The notes: a model not told the origin generated them from the sequence alone. A stretch of DNA of 64,000 nucleotides from Promethearchaeia archaeon (GCA_029856145.1 JAHQWK010000011.1:1-64000), one strand, 5' to 3'. Numbered from the stretch's first letter, positions 1-10,305 are shown. Program-made: numbers and translations.

Positions 1-140
1 GTTTCAAGGCATTTCAAATTTTCGATGCATTCGGGCACTCTTTTTAACTTATTAATACTCAGATTTAAGTTTTTCAGCGTCAGCAAGTCTCCAATTGAAT
101 TTGGAATCGTAGTTAAAGTTTTATTATTCAGATTTAAAAT
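1..140 (-). pseudogene. Leucine-rich repeat protein fragment (runs off window edge)
   Basis: Manual translation ILNLNNKTLTTIPNSIGDLLTLKNLNLSINKLKRVPECIENLKCLE matches the LxxLxLxxNxL..lP LRR consensus; in-frame ATG at 146-144 is followed at once by TAA (143-141). Confidence 0.7.
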
Positions 141-213
141 TTACATTTAATAATAATCTTATATAATATTCTAATTTAATATATTTTAAAATAGAATATA
201 TGAGGAAAAAAAT

Positions 214-420
214 ATGCCAGTTGTCCATGTAAATATGTGGAAAGGGATTTCAGAAGAAAAAGTAAAAGAAATAATTTCGGGAATAACTAAAGTGTTTATT
301 GATATGGATATCCCTGCTCGAGCAGTAGAAGTTATTGTTCATGAAATTCCTAAAAGTCATTGGGGAATAGAAGGCAAACCAGCTACAGAATCTCGCCCTG
401 ATGCACAACCACCTTTATAA
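214..420 (+). CDS. 4-oxalocrotonate tautomerase family protein
   Basis: N-terminal catalytic Pro (MPVVHV), 68 aa, WGIEG motif. Confidence 0.9.
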   Translation: MPVVHVNMWKGISEEKVKEIISGITKVFIDMDIPARAVEVIVHEIPKSHWGIEGKPATESRPDAQPPL

Positions 421-623
421 TATTATGCAATTCGATGTTGAAAAAACAGATGATATCAAAATATGACCATGAATGAGAATTTTGAAGTAAAAGTCTTTCT
501 CTTTGGAAATTGGGCACAAAATCTTTATCCTGGAGAATATATTGCAGGTTGACCCCCAAACTTTTAGGATTAGATTTTATAAGTACTATAGTTTAAATAA
601 AGAATTCTTTTAACTCTTAGTTC

Positions 624-1301
624 TTAGGTTGTATCATATTGTAAGATCCATTTCAAATTATCTTTAATATCAATGACGCCTTTAGTTAATTTGACTATTT
701 CTTTAACTGCATCATATTCACTCATTGATAATAGTGTTCCAGACAAAGTTACAATTCCATCTTCGACCTTCACATCAACCTTAGATGCTTCGATTCGAAC
801 AGAGTTTTGCATTGAGATGATTAGATTTTTAGCAATATCTTCATCAGATATTTTCTCTTTAGGAATAATAGAGATTTTATTTAATACAGAAAGCACTCCT
901 GTTATTTGAGAAGTCATTTTTTGAATCTTTTCACTTTTCCAATATGAATCCACTACACCCTCTAATATGACATTACCTTTATTAACAGATACTTGAACAT
1001 CATTGGAAACTATCTCTGAATTAGCCTCTAATAGGCAAAACATAGCCTCCCTTACATCTTGATCAGATGGTATTTCATTAGATTCCATAAACTTAACTTC
1101 AATATCATTAACCACTGATTTTATTCCAGGGACCAACTGTGTTTCAATTTCAGCCGTTATCTTTTCTGGATATGTAGAAACACAACCCTTCAAAGTTGCG
1201 ATTTCATCATTAACAGAAACTTCAATCTGTGATTCGTCTATGGTATTGTCCCAAGTTAATCGATCCCTAACCATCTTCTCAAGTTCTTTCATTTTATTCA
1301 C
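624..1301 (-). CDS. BON domain protein (three BON repeats)
   Basis: Three repeats of I.V.V..G.V.L.G.V....GV..V.N.I. Confidence 0.9.
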   Translation of the reverse strand: MNKMKELEKMVRDRLTWDNTIDESQIEVSVNDEIATLKGCVSTYPEKITAEIETQLVPGIKSVVNDIEVKFMESNEIPSDQDVREAMFCLLEANSEIVSNDVQVSVNKGNVILEGVVDSYWKSEKIQKMTSQITGVLSVLNKISIIPKEKISDEDIAKNLIISMQNSVRIEASKVDVKVEDGIVTLSGTLLSMSEYDAVKEIVKLTKGVIDIKDNLKWILQYDTT

Positions 1302-1508
1302 TTTTTCAAAATATTTCTATAAATTAAATGCTAAAAGTTATTAAAATTAAATCCTTTGATTATATTTAATCGGTTAGGGTTTAAAAATCTACTTTCTATA
1401 AAAATTCAATTAATAAATTGGGTTGAAATCAATTATATTTTTTGAATTTAAGGAGATTTAAAAGCTTTTAAAATCTTTCGGTATAATCTACATCAAATTT
1501 TTAAATAC

Positions 1509-1646
1509 TCAATCGCCTTCCAAGAATTTCTGATAATTCAGTTCGCATATTTTTTGATAGATAATATCTAAGTTTTCTCCAGTCTTAACAGATATTTCAT
1601 AATTCTTAGATAGATTATATTTCTTCACTAAAGCAATTCCTTGATC
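1509..1646 (-). pseudogene. C-terminal remnant of a Rab-like small GTPase
   Basis: Manual translation DQGIALVKKYNLSKNYEISVKTGENLDIIYQKICELNYQKFLEGD* contains a G5-like EISVKTGEN motif; TGA immediately upstream, no start. Confidence 0.75.
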
Positions 1647-1651
1647 TCAAT

Positions 1652-1924
1652 AAGAAATTTGGAACCTCACACTGTGCTATTCGATTCTTCGATGGGATTG
1701 AAGGGAAAGCAGAATATTTTAAATATGGTATTGAAGAACTCCAGAATCTCTCTAAGTTACGTTACAAAATCAGAATCGGTGCTAGTTTTTTTTCTGAAGA
1801 TGGAATGAAAATAAATATTAACAGAAATAATTACAAAATACAAGGATCGCTCAAATATAATGATTTGGTTCGATTTGAAAATTTTTTATTATCCATTCTA
1901 AGTACATTTTGGGTAATTACATAA
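1652..1924 (+). pseudogene. Start-less 3' fragment of an unknown gene
   Basis: About 90 open, protein-like codons (KKFGTSHCAIRFFDGIEGKAEYF...FWVIT*) with no start near the 5' end; abuts the GTPase remnant back-to-back. Confidence 0.4.
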
Positions 1925-1988
1925 CTAAATCATATATTTTATAATTTAAAATATCCAATCAAAATTTTTAGGAGAACTTTAACTTTAA

Positions 1989-2132
1989 TCTTTTAGAGAA
2001 AAACCTTATGAAGAAAAACAAAAAATTTTATCAAAGCAATTTAAATGGCTAGGACCAACAGGAGCTCATTTCTTTCTATGGTCAGTTGGAGAAAATGCCC
2101 CACCGTGTGAACAAGTTTTAAATCATAGATGA
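1989..2132 (+). pseudogene. 3' remnant of a DNA-3-methyladenine glycosylase I (Tag)-like gene
   Basis: SFREKPYEEKQKILSKQFKWLGPTGAHFFLWSVGENAPP* resembles the Tag C-terminal F.f.Gp...y.Fl.avG motif; stop upstream, no start. Confidence 0.6.
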
Positions 2133-2336
2133 TTTTTTATTTTTTTAAAAGTCATTAATTCTCGAAAAGTTTGGGGATCAGCATTCAGCAGTTTTTTAAA
2201 TAGTCATTTGATAGGCATCCTTTAAGGAGTGTACAAAATCAGCATTTGATAAAGCTGATATACTAGAAATGAATCCTATACCTAAAATATTAATCAATTA
2301 CAATTAATATTTAATTGCTTATAAAAAAGAAATAAT

Positions 2337-3347
2337 TTAACTAAAAATTGAATCACTATATTTTTGGAGAATCTCCCATTTTCCTTCTTTTCTAATTGTG
2401 GCTACTTGATGGGTTTTCATAACTCCTAAAATCTCATCAATACCACATTTTTCAGCAGCATAAGTACATAAGACAATCATCCGATAGTTTCCTACAACAT
2501 TATTTATTTCTTCTTCATACTCAGAAAAATCTTTCCAGTCTTTTCTTTCAATCCATGCCGTATTGCCGGTTACTCTGAGACCATTAAAACCTTGGGATAT
2601 TGCATAATTATATTTTTGAACCCACCCATCGAGAACTCTTTGGAAGTTGAATTCTCCATCTTTAAGATACCATTCTGTATAAGGAAAGATTTCTATTTGC
2701 CCTTTTTTCAAGAATTCATTAAAATTTTTTATTTCAGATTTTAACTTCTCTTTAGCTTCTTCCTCAGAAAGATCTTCTGAAGTAACCCAGACACAAAACT
2801 GATTGTTTTCTAACCCTTTTTTGATATAGGGTATTAATATATCCATGAGATCTTCTTTTTTTTGGTAAAAATAACACATATGCGTCCCCCATGGAAAATT
2901 GTAATTTAAGTCAATATCTAATTGTATCCCCTTTATATCCATTATAGCGTGATAATATTTAAGTAAAATTCCTTTTATTTCAAGAAATCTAGCAGTACTA
3001 TCCTCAGAAGAATTATAGAGCACCTTATATAAATTCTTAATATTTTTAAGTTCTTCTTTAAATTCTTTTAAAATCGATTGGAAAATTTTTGGAGATATCT
3101 GTTCATTGATAATTACCACAGAAATCATAAGTTCTTCATATTCCGTCCTCTCCGTTTTACTTGGTACTGTAAATTTTAAATTAGCTGTTTTAAAAGTTTC
3201 ATAGTCATAAATAAAGAAATTCTTTTCATCTAAATTTAGATGCTTAGGAATAGTTTTGAGGTCATTAAGTATAAAGTCTTCTGGAATTTTCAATACTTCT
3301 ATAGATCCCTTAATAATATTAAAATGACTAAGGATTAATACCCTCAA
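2337..3347 (-). CDS. Longin/uDENN-like N-terminal domain fused to a MEDS sensor domain
   Basis: C-terminal half has MEDS hallmarks (GTHMCYFY, GLENNQFCVWV, GLRVTGNTAW, LCTY); N-terminus resembles that of 31724..32524. Confidence 0.8.
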   Translation of the reverse strand: MRVLILSHFNIIKGSIEVLKIPEDFILNDLKTIPKHLNLDEKNFFIYDYETFKTANLKFTVPSKTERTEYEELMISVVIINEQISPKIFQSILKEFKEELKNIKNLYKVLYNSSEDSTARFLEIKGILLKYYHAIMDIKGIQLDIDLNYNFPWGTHMCYFYQKKEDLMDILIPYIKKGLENNQFCVWVTSEDLSEEEAKEKLKSEIKNFNEFLKKGQIEIFPYTEWYLKDGEFNFQRVLDGWVQKYNYAISQGFNGLRVTGNTAWIERKDWKDFSEYEEEINNVVGNYRMIVLCTYAAEKCGIDEILGVMKTHQVATIRKEGKWEILQKYSDSIFS

Positions 3348-3410
3348 ATTTAATCAGTCTTTTTGATAATTTCTAACATAATCTTAGAATTGTTGAATAA
3401 ATAGTTTTTT

Positions 3411-3881
3411 TTGTATTTAACAATTTATTTTTATTCGGCAATGCGTAAATTAGAAAGAATAATAATTTTAAAATTTAAAGTTTATCCTAATTATATTCAT
3501 AAATCTTATCTTAAGATTATACTTAAGCTTAAAATTAGGAGGGAATATCCTCTTCTAATAAAGGAATATTCATTTAAATTTAATATTCTCAAAATTGGAG
3601 TTGAGAAAGCAGAAGAAAAAGGAGTTGAAGCAATTAAATATTTGAAAAAACAGATGCTTCAACACATCAATAATACCGTGTATCAAAACCCCGAAGACCG
3701 AATTAGAGACGAACAATTAGCTTACAGGTTTTATGATCTTAAAAATCTAAAAAAAGAAATGAACTACTATAAAAATAAACTTATTGGAGTGCAAAACTGG
3801 CTTGAAAGCCTAAAAGAAGAACATATTTCGGCTGAAAGAGAAATCAATCAACTTAAAACAAAAATTGAGAGACTTAAATGA
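3411..3881 (+). CDS. Hypothetical coiled-coil protein (start uncertain, possibly a fragment)
   Basis: ORF; C-terminal heptad pattern; N-terminal part is AT-rich and low complexity. Confidence 0.4.
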   Translation: MYLTIYFYSAMRKLERIIILKFKVYPNYIHKSYLKIILKLKIRREYPLLIKEYSFKFNILKIGVEKAEEKGVEAIKYLKKQMLQHINNTVYQNPEDRIRDEQLAYRFYDLKNLKKEMNYYKNKLIGVQNWLESLKEEHISAEREINQLKTKIERLK

Positions 3882-4135
3882 GTATTAGCTCTAGATGAGA
3901 AAAATAAATAAACAAGATTAATGCTCACTAATTCTAGAATTGGTTTAATGTTAAGAATTTCAAATTAGATGTTCATATTCAATATATAATATATTAATTT
4001 TTTTTATATTAGAGAATTTTTCAAATGGGTATATATTGCTACAATAATCACCATAAACTTTATAAACCAATTTTATTTTGTATTATCCTAATCTAAATCT
4101 CTGATTTAGAAATCCAATAAAAAAAAAGGATAATT

Positions 4136-5659
4136 ATGAAAACAAGATTAAACGGTTTTAAAAAATTTAAAACTACGAAGATCTGCGTTTTAGCTATTTG
4201 TTTAACTTTTTTCACCGGTTATTTATTTTTAGATTTAGGTTCTTTGGAACATTTCAATAAACCTACTAATGATGCTGATTATCTTGGTGAATATGAATAT
4301 AAAGAACGTATTCCATTGACATCTGCTTATACTCTTGTGGATCCTATTAATATAAGTTCCCACGATGATTGGGGGCTTTATCCATTTATTACTGGTAATG
4401 GTTCGGATGTAAATCCATATATCATTGAAAATGTTGAAATTGAAGGGAACGGCGTAAAAACTATGAAAGTTGGAGACCGGAATTATTTGAATTATACAGA
4501 TAGAGGAATATATATTAATGCAAATGGAAGTTTTATTATTAAAAATTGCAAAATTTCTTCATTTTCTCTTGGCATATCCCTTGATATCTATATATCTCCA
4601 GAGCATAACCATACAATCGAAGAGGTAGAGATTGACAACTGTGGAATTGGGATTTATAACTATTGGTCGCACTTTAGAGTAAATATATCCAAGTGTAATA
4701 TTACAAATTGCAATTGGGTAACAGTTAAAGTTCCCGATGTTTTTGGAAGTCCACTTTTCTATGGTGGATTTGGTATTTGGGTAAAGGGAGACACTGGATC
4801 TATTATTGAATCTTGCCGAGTTGAGAATTGTTCAATTGGCCTGTTCGGTGGATATGAGGTTGATATTATTGGTAATCAATTAATCAATTGTGGTTTTTTA
4901 TTTGATATACAATTTATGTATGTCTATGAGGTTATTCTTGATAATACAGTAAATGGAAAGCCACTTGGATTATTTCTTCTCACTGATGATTTAGTTATAA
5001 CTTCACAGCAAGCTTCTCAGTATGGGCAATTAATATTTCAAGGATGTTCAAATCTTGGATTGTCCAACTTCCAGATTACCGAAGCTTGTAGTTTTGGATT
5101 AATGATAACCTCATGTAGTAATTCTATCTTACAAAATATAGTATGCGAAAATCAGAAGATTGGTTTTTTAATTAATACGGACTATATAACAGCAAATAAC
5201 TTACATACTAAGAATTGTGATGTAGGATTCTTAATAGGCAGAGCAAGACATAGTACTCTTAATAGACTCTTAACAGATAGTACAGATATACCAATATATA
5301 TAAATGAGCTATTAGATACAACTATTCAAATTGAAAAATCGACATGGTTTTATATTATAGATTTTTTAGCACTCCCGGAAATACAAATTAATTCATCAAT
5401 ATCTTCAGTGAATCTACCACGAATTAACTTAACTGCATTTGAACTTGAGGGATTTGCAATCCAACTAAATCATACAGGAACATATCTTATTAATGATATT
5501 GATCCACATTTTACATATATTTACTTTACAGTTGTTATCTTCGATCGCTATGCCTTACCAGCAATTCCAGGTTTTCTTTTAATAGGGTTTTATACAGCTC
5601 TTTTACTTGGAATAATAGCTTTAACTTTTGTGATTCAATATAAGAAAAGAAGAGTATAA
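4136..5659 (+). CDS. Secreted right-handed parallel beta-helix (NosD/CASH-like) surface protein with Loki-CTERM-like tail
   Basis: N-terminal hydrophobic helix; G.G+..+PYIIEN motif; repeated I.NC.I.N...GI units; C-terminal AIPGF-TM-KKRRV. Confidence 0.85.
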   Translation: MKTRLNGFKKFKTTKICVLAICLTFFTGYLFLDLGSLEHFNKPTNDADYLGEYEYKERIPLTSAYTLVDPINISSHDDWGLYPFITGNGSDVNPYIIENVEIEGNGVKTMKVGDRNYLNYTDRGIYINANGSFIIKNCKISSFSLGISLDIYISPEHNHTIEEVEIDNCGIGIYNYWSHFRVNISKCNITNCNWVTVKVPDVFGSPLFYGGFGIWVKGDTGSIIESCRVENCSIGLFGGYEVDIIGNQLINCGFLFDIQFMYVYEVILDNTVNGKPLGLFLLTDDLVITSQQASQYGQLIFQGCSNLGLSNFQITEACSFGLMITSCSNSILQNIVCENQKIGFLINTDYITANNLHTKNCDVGFLIGRARHSTLNRLLTDSTDIPIYINELLDTTIQIEKSTWFYIIDFLALPEIQINSSISSVNLPRINLTAFELEGFAIQLNHTGTYLINDIDPHFTYIYFTVVIFDRYALPAIPGFLLIGFYTALLLGIIALTFVIQYKKRRV

Positions 5660-5840
5660 TATCTCTAACTTAAAAAGCGTGAATTAATTTTTTTTTTCTA
5701 TTTTTTGTTATTTTTTTAATGAAATTTAAGAAATTGAGTATAGTCAAACATAATTAATATTTTATAACTTAATTCTTAGAAGTTCTATGAACTTGTTATA
5801 ACCATCTTAGCTGTACTATCTATAAGATTTTATACATAAC

Positions 5841-5930
5841 ACGAGAGTTTAGGAAATAATAAGAGGTGGTCGAAATATTCAACTCTATTTGGTGAGTGGA
5901 GCGATTAAAGATATGATTTCTCTGCTCTGA
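5841..5930 (+). pseudogene. Decayed copy of the 3' 30 codons of the acyl-CoA dehydrogenase at 13405..14667
   Basis: TRV*EIIRGGRNIQLYLVSGAIKDMISLL* aligns without gaps to AKVQEIIGGARNIQLYLVSRAIKDMISLL* (14578..14667). Confidence 0.9.
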
Positions 5931-6004
5931 ACATATTGTTTTAAGATTTATTTATTCATTCTTAAGATATAAATTTAAATTAAAAAAAAATTAAAAAGGA
6001 ATTT

Positions 6005-7123
6005 TTATCCAAATAATGGAAGTATAAGAGGTATTAGGGTGCCAACTATGAAGATCATAAATGAAAGGATTTTTGGCTTATATTTGCTAAATTTCTGTTT
6101 TCCGGAGTAATGGAGCACTTTCAAGTCTTTGGATGAGAGTTTTTTAATGATATCAACAATCTTGGGAAGTTGGTCCAATGCTAGTTTATAGCTAAGATAT
6201 TTCAAATTAAACCTGTTGAGTTTTGAGATTTTTTTCGTTGCTAATGAAATCTCTTTAAAGGTATCAGTCTTCAAAATATCATCTACTAATAGGCCTGAGA
6301 GAGCACTTTCGAACTCAGTTCTATATTTAGTGCTAATGTTATCAACAAAATTTTTGTCAGAGATAACATTTAGGGAAAATCCTTCTAATATTAGGGTTCT
6401 CTTCTTTATTATCAAGTCTAAAGTGTGGTTAAGCCAGCTATCGAAATCAATTAAGAGTTTCTCAAAAGATTCTTTTAAAGATTTGAGATCTCCATGAGTT
6501 TCGCTGATTCTATAAATCCAACCGAGGAAGAGATGTATCCCACCGTAATCGGTAATATAACTATGATGTTTATACGTAATATAAAAAGTCAAGCAAGCTG
6601 GAGCCCATCCTATTCCTGCAGCTGTATAAATTATGTTAAAAGAAGTTTCTTGCTCTCCTGTAAATGTTCTTATCAATACAACACCAGTGAGTAATGCTGC
6701 GACGAAGATAGAAGCCCATACAGCATAAGAAACCCAATTCCATTTATTTAAATCTTTCGCAATTAAAAAGAGAAGAAGTAAAATAAGTCCAATGGGTATA
6801 GCAAAAAGAAGTATCCGTACGACTAGTTCAATGCTAAGTCCTGCTAAATTAAAAACATATGCTTCAATACTAAAGCCGACAAAATACAGGGCAGATAACA
6901 AGATACTCAATATTAATAGCAAGTAAGAAATTCTGTAGTGTTTTGTTTTGTATTTGGTATAGTAATACTCCTTATGAAAGGTTGTAATTGGATCACGTCT
7001 AAATGTTTTGAATTGATGAAAATCTGGGGTTAAATTTTCCTTTCTATCCTTTACTTCATATTTTTCATATACTTCCATTAATTTTTCAATAGATTTTGGC
7101 ACATCTGAATTAGATTCCAACAT
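6005..7123 (-). CDS. Hypothetical multi-pass membrane protein
   Basis: 372 aa ORF, four N-terminal-half TM helices and a C-terminal TM. Confidence 0.75.
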   Translation of the reverse strand: MLESNSDVPKSIEKLMEVYEKYEVKDRKENLTPDFHQFKTFRRDPITTFHKEYYYTKYKTKHYRISYLLLILSILLSALYFVGFSIEAYVFNLAGLSIELVVRILLFAIPIGLILLLLFLIAKDLNKWNWVSYAVWASIFVAALLTGVVLIRTFTGEQETSFNIIYTAAGIGWAPACLTFYITYKHHSYITDYGGIHLFLGWIYRISETHGDLKSLKESFEKLLIDFDSWLNHTLDLIIKKRTLILEGFSLNVISDKNFVDNISTKYRTEFESALSGLLVDDILKTDTFKEISLATKKISKLNRFNLKYLSYKLALDQLPKIVDIIKKLSSKDLKVLHYSGKQKFSKYKPKILSFMIFIVGTLIPLILPLFG

Positions 7124-7370
7124 TTTAATAAAAGCCCTCTATTAATTTTTAAACATTCGAAATTAATATTAAATAATATATTTTGACATTTTTATATAAA
7201 TTTATTGGTTAATATGACCTTGAAAAGTAAATTCTGAAAAATTCTGTGAATTTAGCAAGTGAATTTGAAAAAATCAGAAAAGCATAGCTTAAATCTTTTG
7301 CATTACCTGATTTTCCATAATTTGCTGGGAAAAAAATGACAAGCTAGTTGATTTAAATATGAATATTATT

Positions 7371-7464
7371 ATGTGTAGCATTGCATTACTTTAATGCAAA
7401 AATTGCGCATCTCATCAATAGTTAGGAAAAGGGTTGTTGGTGGTTGTGTAATAGAACTGTTACA
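7371..7464 (+). promoter_or_regulatory. Candidate structured 5' leader (three hairpins) of the Rab-like GTPase gene
   Basis: Stems AUGUGUAG/UUGCGCAU plus UUGCAUUA/UAAUGCAA; CAUCAAUAGUU/GGUUGUUGGUG; UGUAAUA/UGUUACA; many G-U pairs valid only on the + strand. Confidence 0.55.
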
Positions 7465-7500
7465 TTATAAGATAATTAAAGGAGAGTAAATTGGATTGCT

Positions 7501-8040
7501 ATGTATGACTTGATTTTCAAGGTTGTTATTTTCGGAGACGCTGGTTCCGGTAAAACATCTTTAAGAAGAAGATTCATGACTAATGTATTTTTATCAGATT
7601 CTCGCAAGACTATCGGAGTTGATTTTGAAACGAAGGTCTTAAAATTGGATGGAAAGGAAATAAAGTTATTGATCTGGGACTTTGCCGGTGACGAAAGATT
7701 TCGCTACATGTTTCCTCAATACATATATGGTGCGATGGGGGGGATTTTACTGTATGATATAACAGATTATTCTTCTTTTTCTCATATTAGTGATTGGTTA
7801 TCAGTTATAAAAAGAACGAACCAAAGATTTCCAATTATTTTACTTGGTAGTAAATCAGATTTAGATGATTTTAGAGAAATCTCATGTAGCGAGGGAGTTG
7901 AAACTGCTAAATCGATTGGTCTGAATGGATTTATTGAATGTTCTAGCAAAACCGGTGAAAATGTGAAAGAAACATTCGCGGGATTAACTAAAATAATGGT
8001 AAATGGAATAAAATCCAAAGTATTAGAGTATAGTAAATGA
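7501..8040 (+). CDS. Rab-like small GTPase
   Basis: G1 GDAGSGKT, G2 TIGVDF, G3 WDFAG, G4 SKSD, G5 CSSKTG; no C-terminal prenylation Cys motif. Confidence 0.95.
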   Translation: MYDLIFKVVIFGDAGSGKTSLRRRFMTNVFLSDSRKTIGVDFETKVLKLDGKEIKLLIWDFAGDERFRYMFPQYIYGAMGGILLYDITDYSSFSHISDWLSVIKRTNQRFPIILLGSKSDLDDFREISCSEGVETAKSIGLNGFIECSSKTGENVKETFAGLTKIMVNGIKSKVLEYSK

Positions 8041-8433
8041 AAATCTATTTTATTATAACCACATTGTAATAGTTAAAATTGTTACCTCAAAGTAGTTTTT
8101 TTAAATGTCCTAAGGATTGATTTATCTTAAAAGATGTTATTTCTTCAGGAGTTAATAGAATATCACCATGTTCTTCAGCTTGTTTAATGTGAAGACGTAG
8201 CTAATAATATTGATTATTAGATAAACGATATTTTAATTTGTAAAGGATTCTTCAGCAGGCAATATAGTATCGACCTGTTCTTAAATAATTTTATAATATT
8301 ATAGAATAATTTTTTACCAAAAATTAAATTTTTTTAAAGATTTAGAAATCTGTTATTAAAAAAGGAAAATTTTTATATCCAATAAAAAAAGAAAATCAAA
8401 ACTAAACTTACTTGAAATAATAGTGTTAAAAAT

Positions 8434-10305
8434 ATGAAATGGCGCTATTTAGTAATTGGTATAGTGTTAGTAATTATCTTAATTTCACTATCTTTAGTCG
8501 AATTTTTTATAGTTAATTCGATCTATTGGAGTTTCTTAATTAGCGTAGGGGTGCTATTGAATTTTGCACATATTCTTACACATAAATTTAATTGGGAGTT
8601 AGATACTAAAAAAGTACTTTCCATCTATTTCACACTCTCCACAGCATTGATGGTAATAGAATTTATAATAACAGGAAGTTTTCTTTGGACTTTTTCTTTC
8701 ACAGTTATGTCGCTTTTTTTTGTAGGACATTATTTAACAAGTGGTTTTAATCTTGTTTTCAAGCAGTTTCACGTTAGAGAAATATATCGGGGCTTAATTA
8801 GCTTTTATTTGGCATTTGTTTATTTTTACATATTATTGTACATATTTCTTCAAACCATTAATCAAACCATTATTTTTATCGAATTTAGTTTTATTTTTTA
8901 TATTTCAATAGTTTTTATGATTTTACTAACAATAAACTCTTTAATAAGAATAGTCGCAGTTGCTTTTCATAGAAGAAGGTACGATATATTTCCAATTAAT
9001 AGGATAGAATATGCTGCATTATATTATTTAGGAAAGGTAGATGATAATCGCTTAAATTTTTTGGAATTAAAAGAGCAAATTAATGGAATATTTAACATTT
9101 TTATAGAAAGCGTTTATTTTGATGATAAAACAGCAAAATCTAGTATATATTATCTTTGTGCGCTTGGGTTTGCTGATATTAAAGATAATGACGTTTGCCT
9201 GAACGAGTTAGGTAAACAACAGGGGAAACAATGGAATGAAACATTGGATAACCAATTGAGGAAGTTCAATAAAATTTTAAATAGTAATAGTGTTTTGATA
9301 CGTTCATTTTCAGGGTTAATTATTCTGAGCCTTCTTAAAATCCTAATAGGCTTTTTCAATTCAGAATCATTATTCGCAGAAGGGTTCGAAAATTTACTTG
9401 ATTGTATCGCTGTAATTTTAATTGTAATAGGTATTAAAGTTAAAAAAGAAAAACTGGTAAACATAATCATTATAAGCTTAATGGCATTTACGGGAGGTTC
9501 TATTTTACTAAATTCAATTCTATCTTTATTTTATACCCCTGAACCTATTTCTAATGTAATATATATCGTGATAATCGCTCTAGTATCTATATTTTTAAAT
9601 ACATACTTACGTATTTTAAAGAATTTTGTAGGGAAAAAAAATAGGAACTCTTCACTAATCGCTAGTGCAATAGATTCAAAAGTAAATATTATATTATCAA
9701 TCAGTATAATTATAGGTGCCCTTTTGTCGAATCTCGGAACGTCTTTAGGAATAACATTTTTCCATTATTTTGATCCAATTATCGCAATTTTTGTATGTTT
9801 TCTCATATTTAAAGAAGTGATTGAAATAAGCCGTGATTTAATTACCTCGAAAGAAGAAGAAATTGAATTTGAGAAATTCCAAATGAAATATGAAAAAAAT
9901 TTCAAAGAATACATAACTAAGTGGATACTTTCTGTTTATAATGATAATTTAAATTTGGAATTCACACCTGAACATTTATCGGAATATTTTCAAAAATCTT
10001 TGAAACAAGGCGAAGAGGTTTACACAGAGTTTGCTTATTTTGGATTATATATATTTAAGGAAAAAGGGATAGTTTCTGTGATAAATGACTTACTTAATGA
10101 TAAGTCCTTATCACTATCAGAAAAAGGATTTCTTAACCTGACTAAAAGAGGAAGATACTTTTATGAACATCTCTATTCTAAAGAATTACTAAAAGACCTC
10201 AAAGATCCTTTTGATTTCTTTTTTGAACAGCAAATTAGTTTTGATAGTATAAAATTGAGAAAGCTTGAAATATTAGAAAATTTGCATTTAATTGATAGTA
10301 AATGA
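8434..10305 (+). CDS. Cation diffusion facilitator (CDF)-like transporter with extra N-terminal membrane domain and wHTH-like domains
   Basis: CDF-like TM block (SESLFAEGFENLLD, SSLIASAIDSKVN, FDPIIAI) flanked by helical segments ending in wing-like LNELGK and LTKRGR. Confidence 0.75.
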   Translation: MKWRYLVIGIVLVIILISLSLVEFFIVNSIYWSFLISVGVLLNFAHILTHKFNWELDTKKVLSIYFTLSTALMVIEFIITGSFLWTFSFTVMSLFFVGHYLTSGFNLVFKQFHVREIYRGLISFYLAFVYFYILLYIFLQTINQTIIFIEFSFIFYISIVFMILLTINSLIRIVAVAFHRRRYDIFPINRIEYAALYYLGKVDDNRLNFLELKEQINGIFNIFIESVYFDDKTAKSSIYYLCALGFADIKDNDVCLNELGKQQGKQWNETLDNQLRKFNKILNSNSVLIRSFSGLIILSLLKILIGFFNSESLFAEGFENLLDCIAVILIVIGIKVKKEKLVNIIIISLMAFTGGSILLNSILSLFYTPEPISNVIYIVIIALVSIFLNTYLRILKNFVGKKNRNSSLIASAIDSKVNIILSISIIIGALLSNLGTSLGITFFHYFDPIIAIFVCFLIFKEVIEISRDLITSKEEEIEFEKFQMKYEKNFKEYITKWILSVYNDNLNLEFTPEHLSEYFQKSLKQGEEVYTEFAYFGLYIFKEKGIVSVINDLLNDKSLSLSEKGFLNLTKRGRYFYEHLYSKELLKDLKDPFDFFFEQQISFDSIKLRKLEILENLHLIDSK

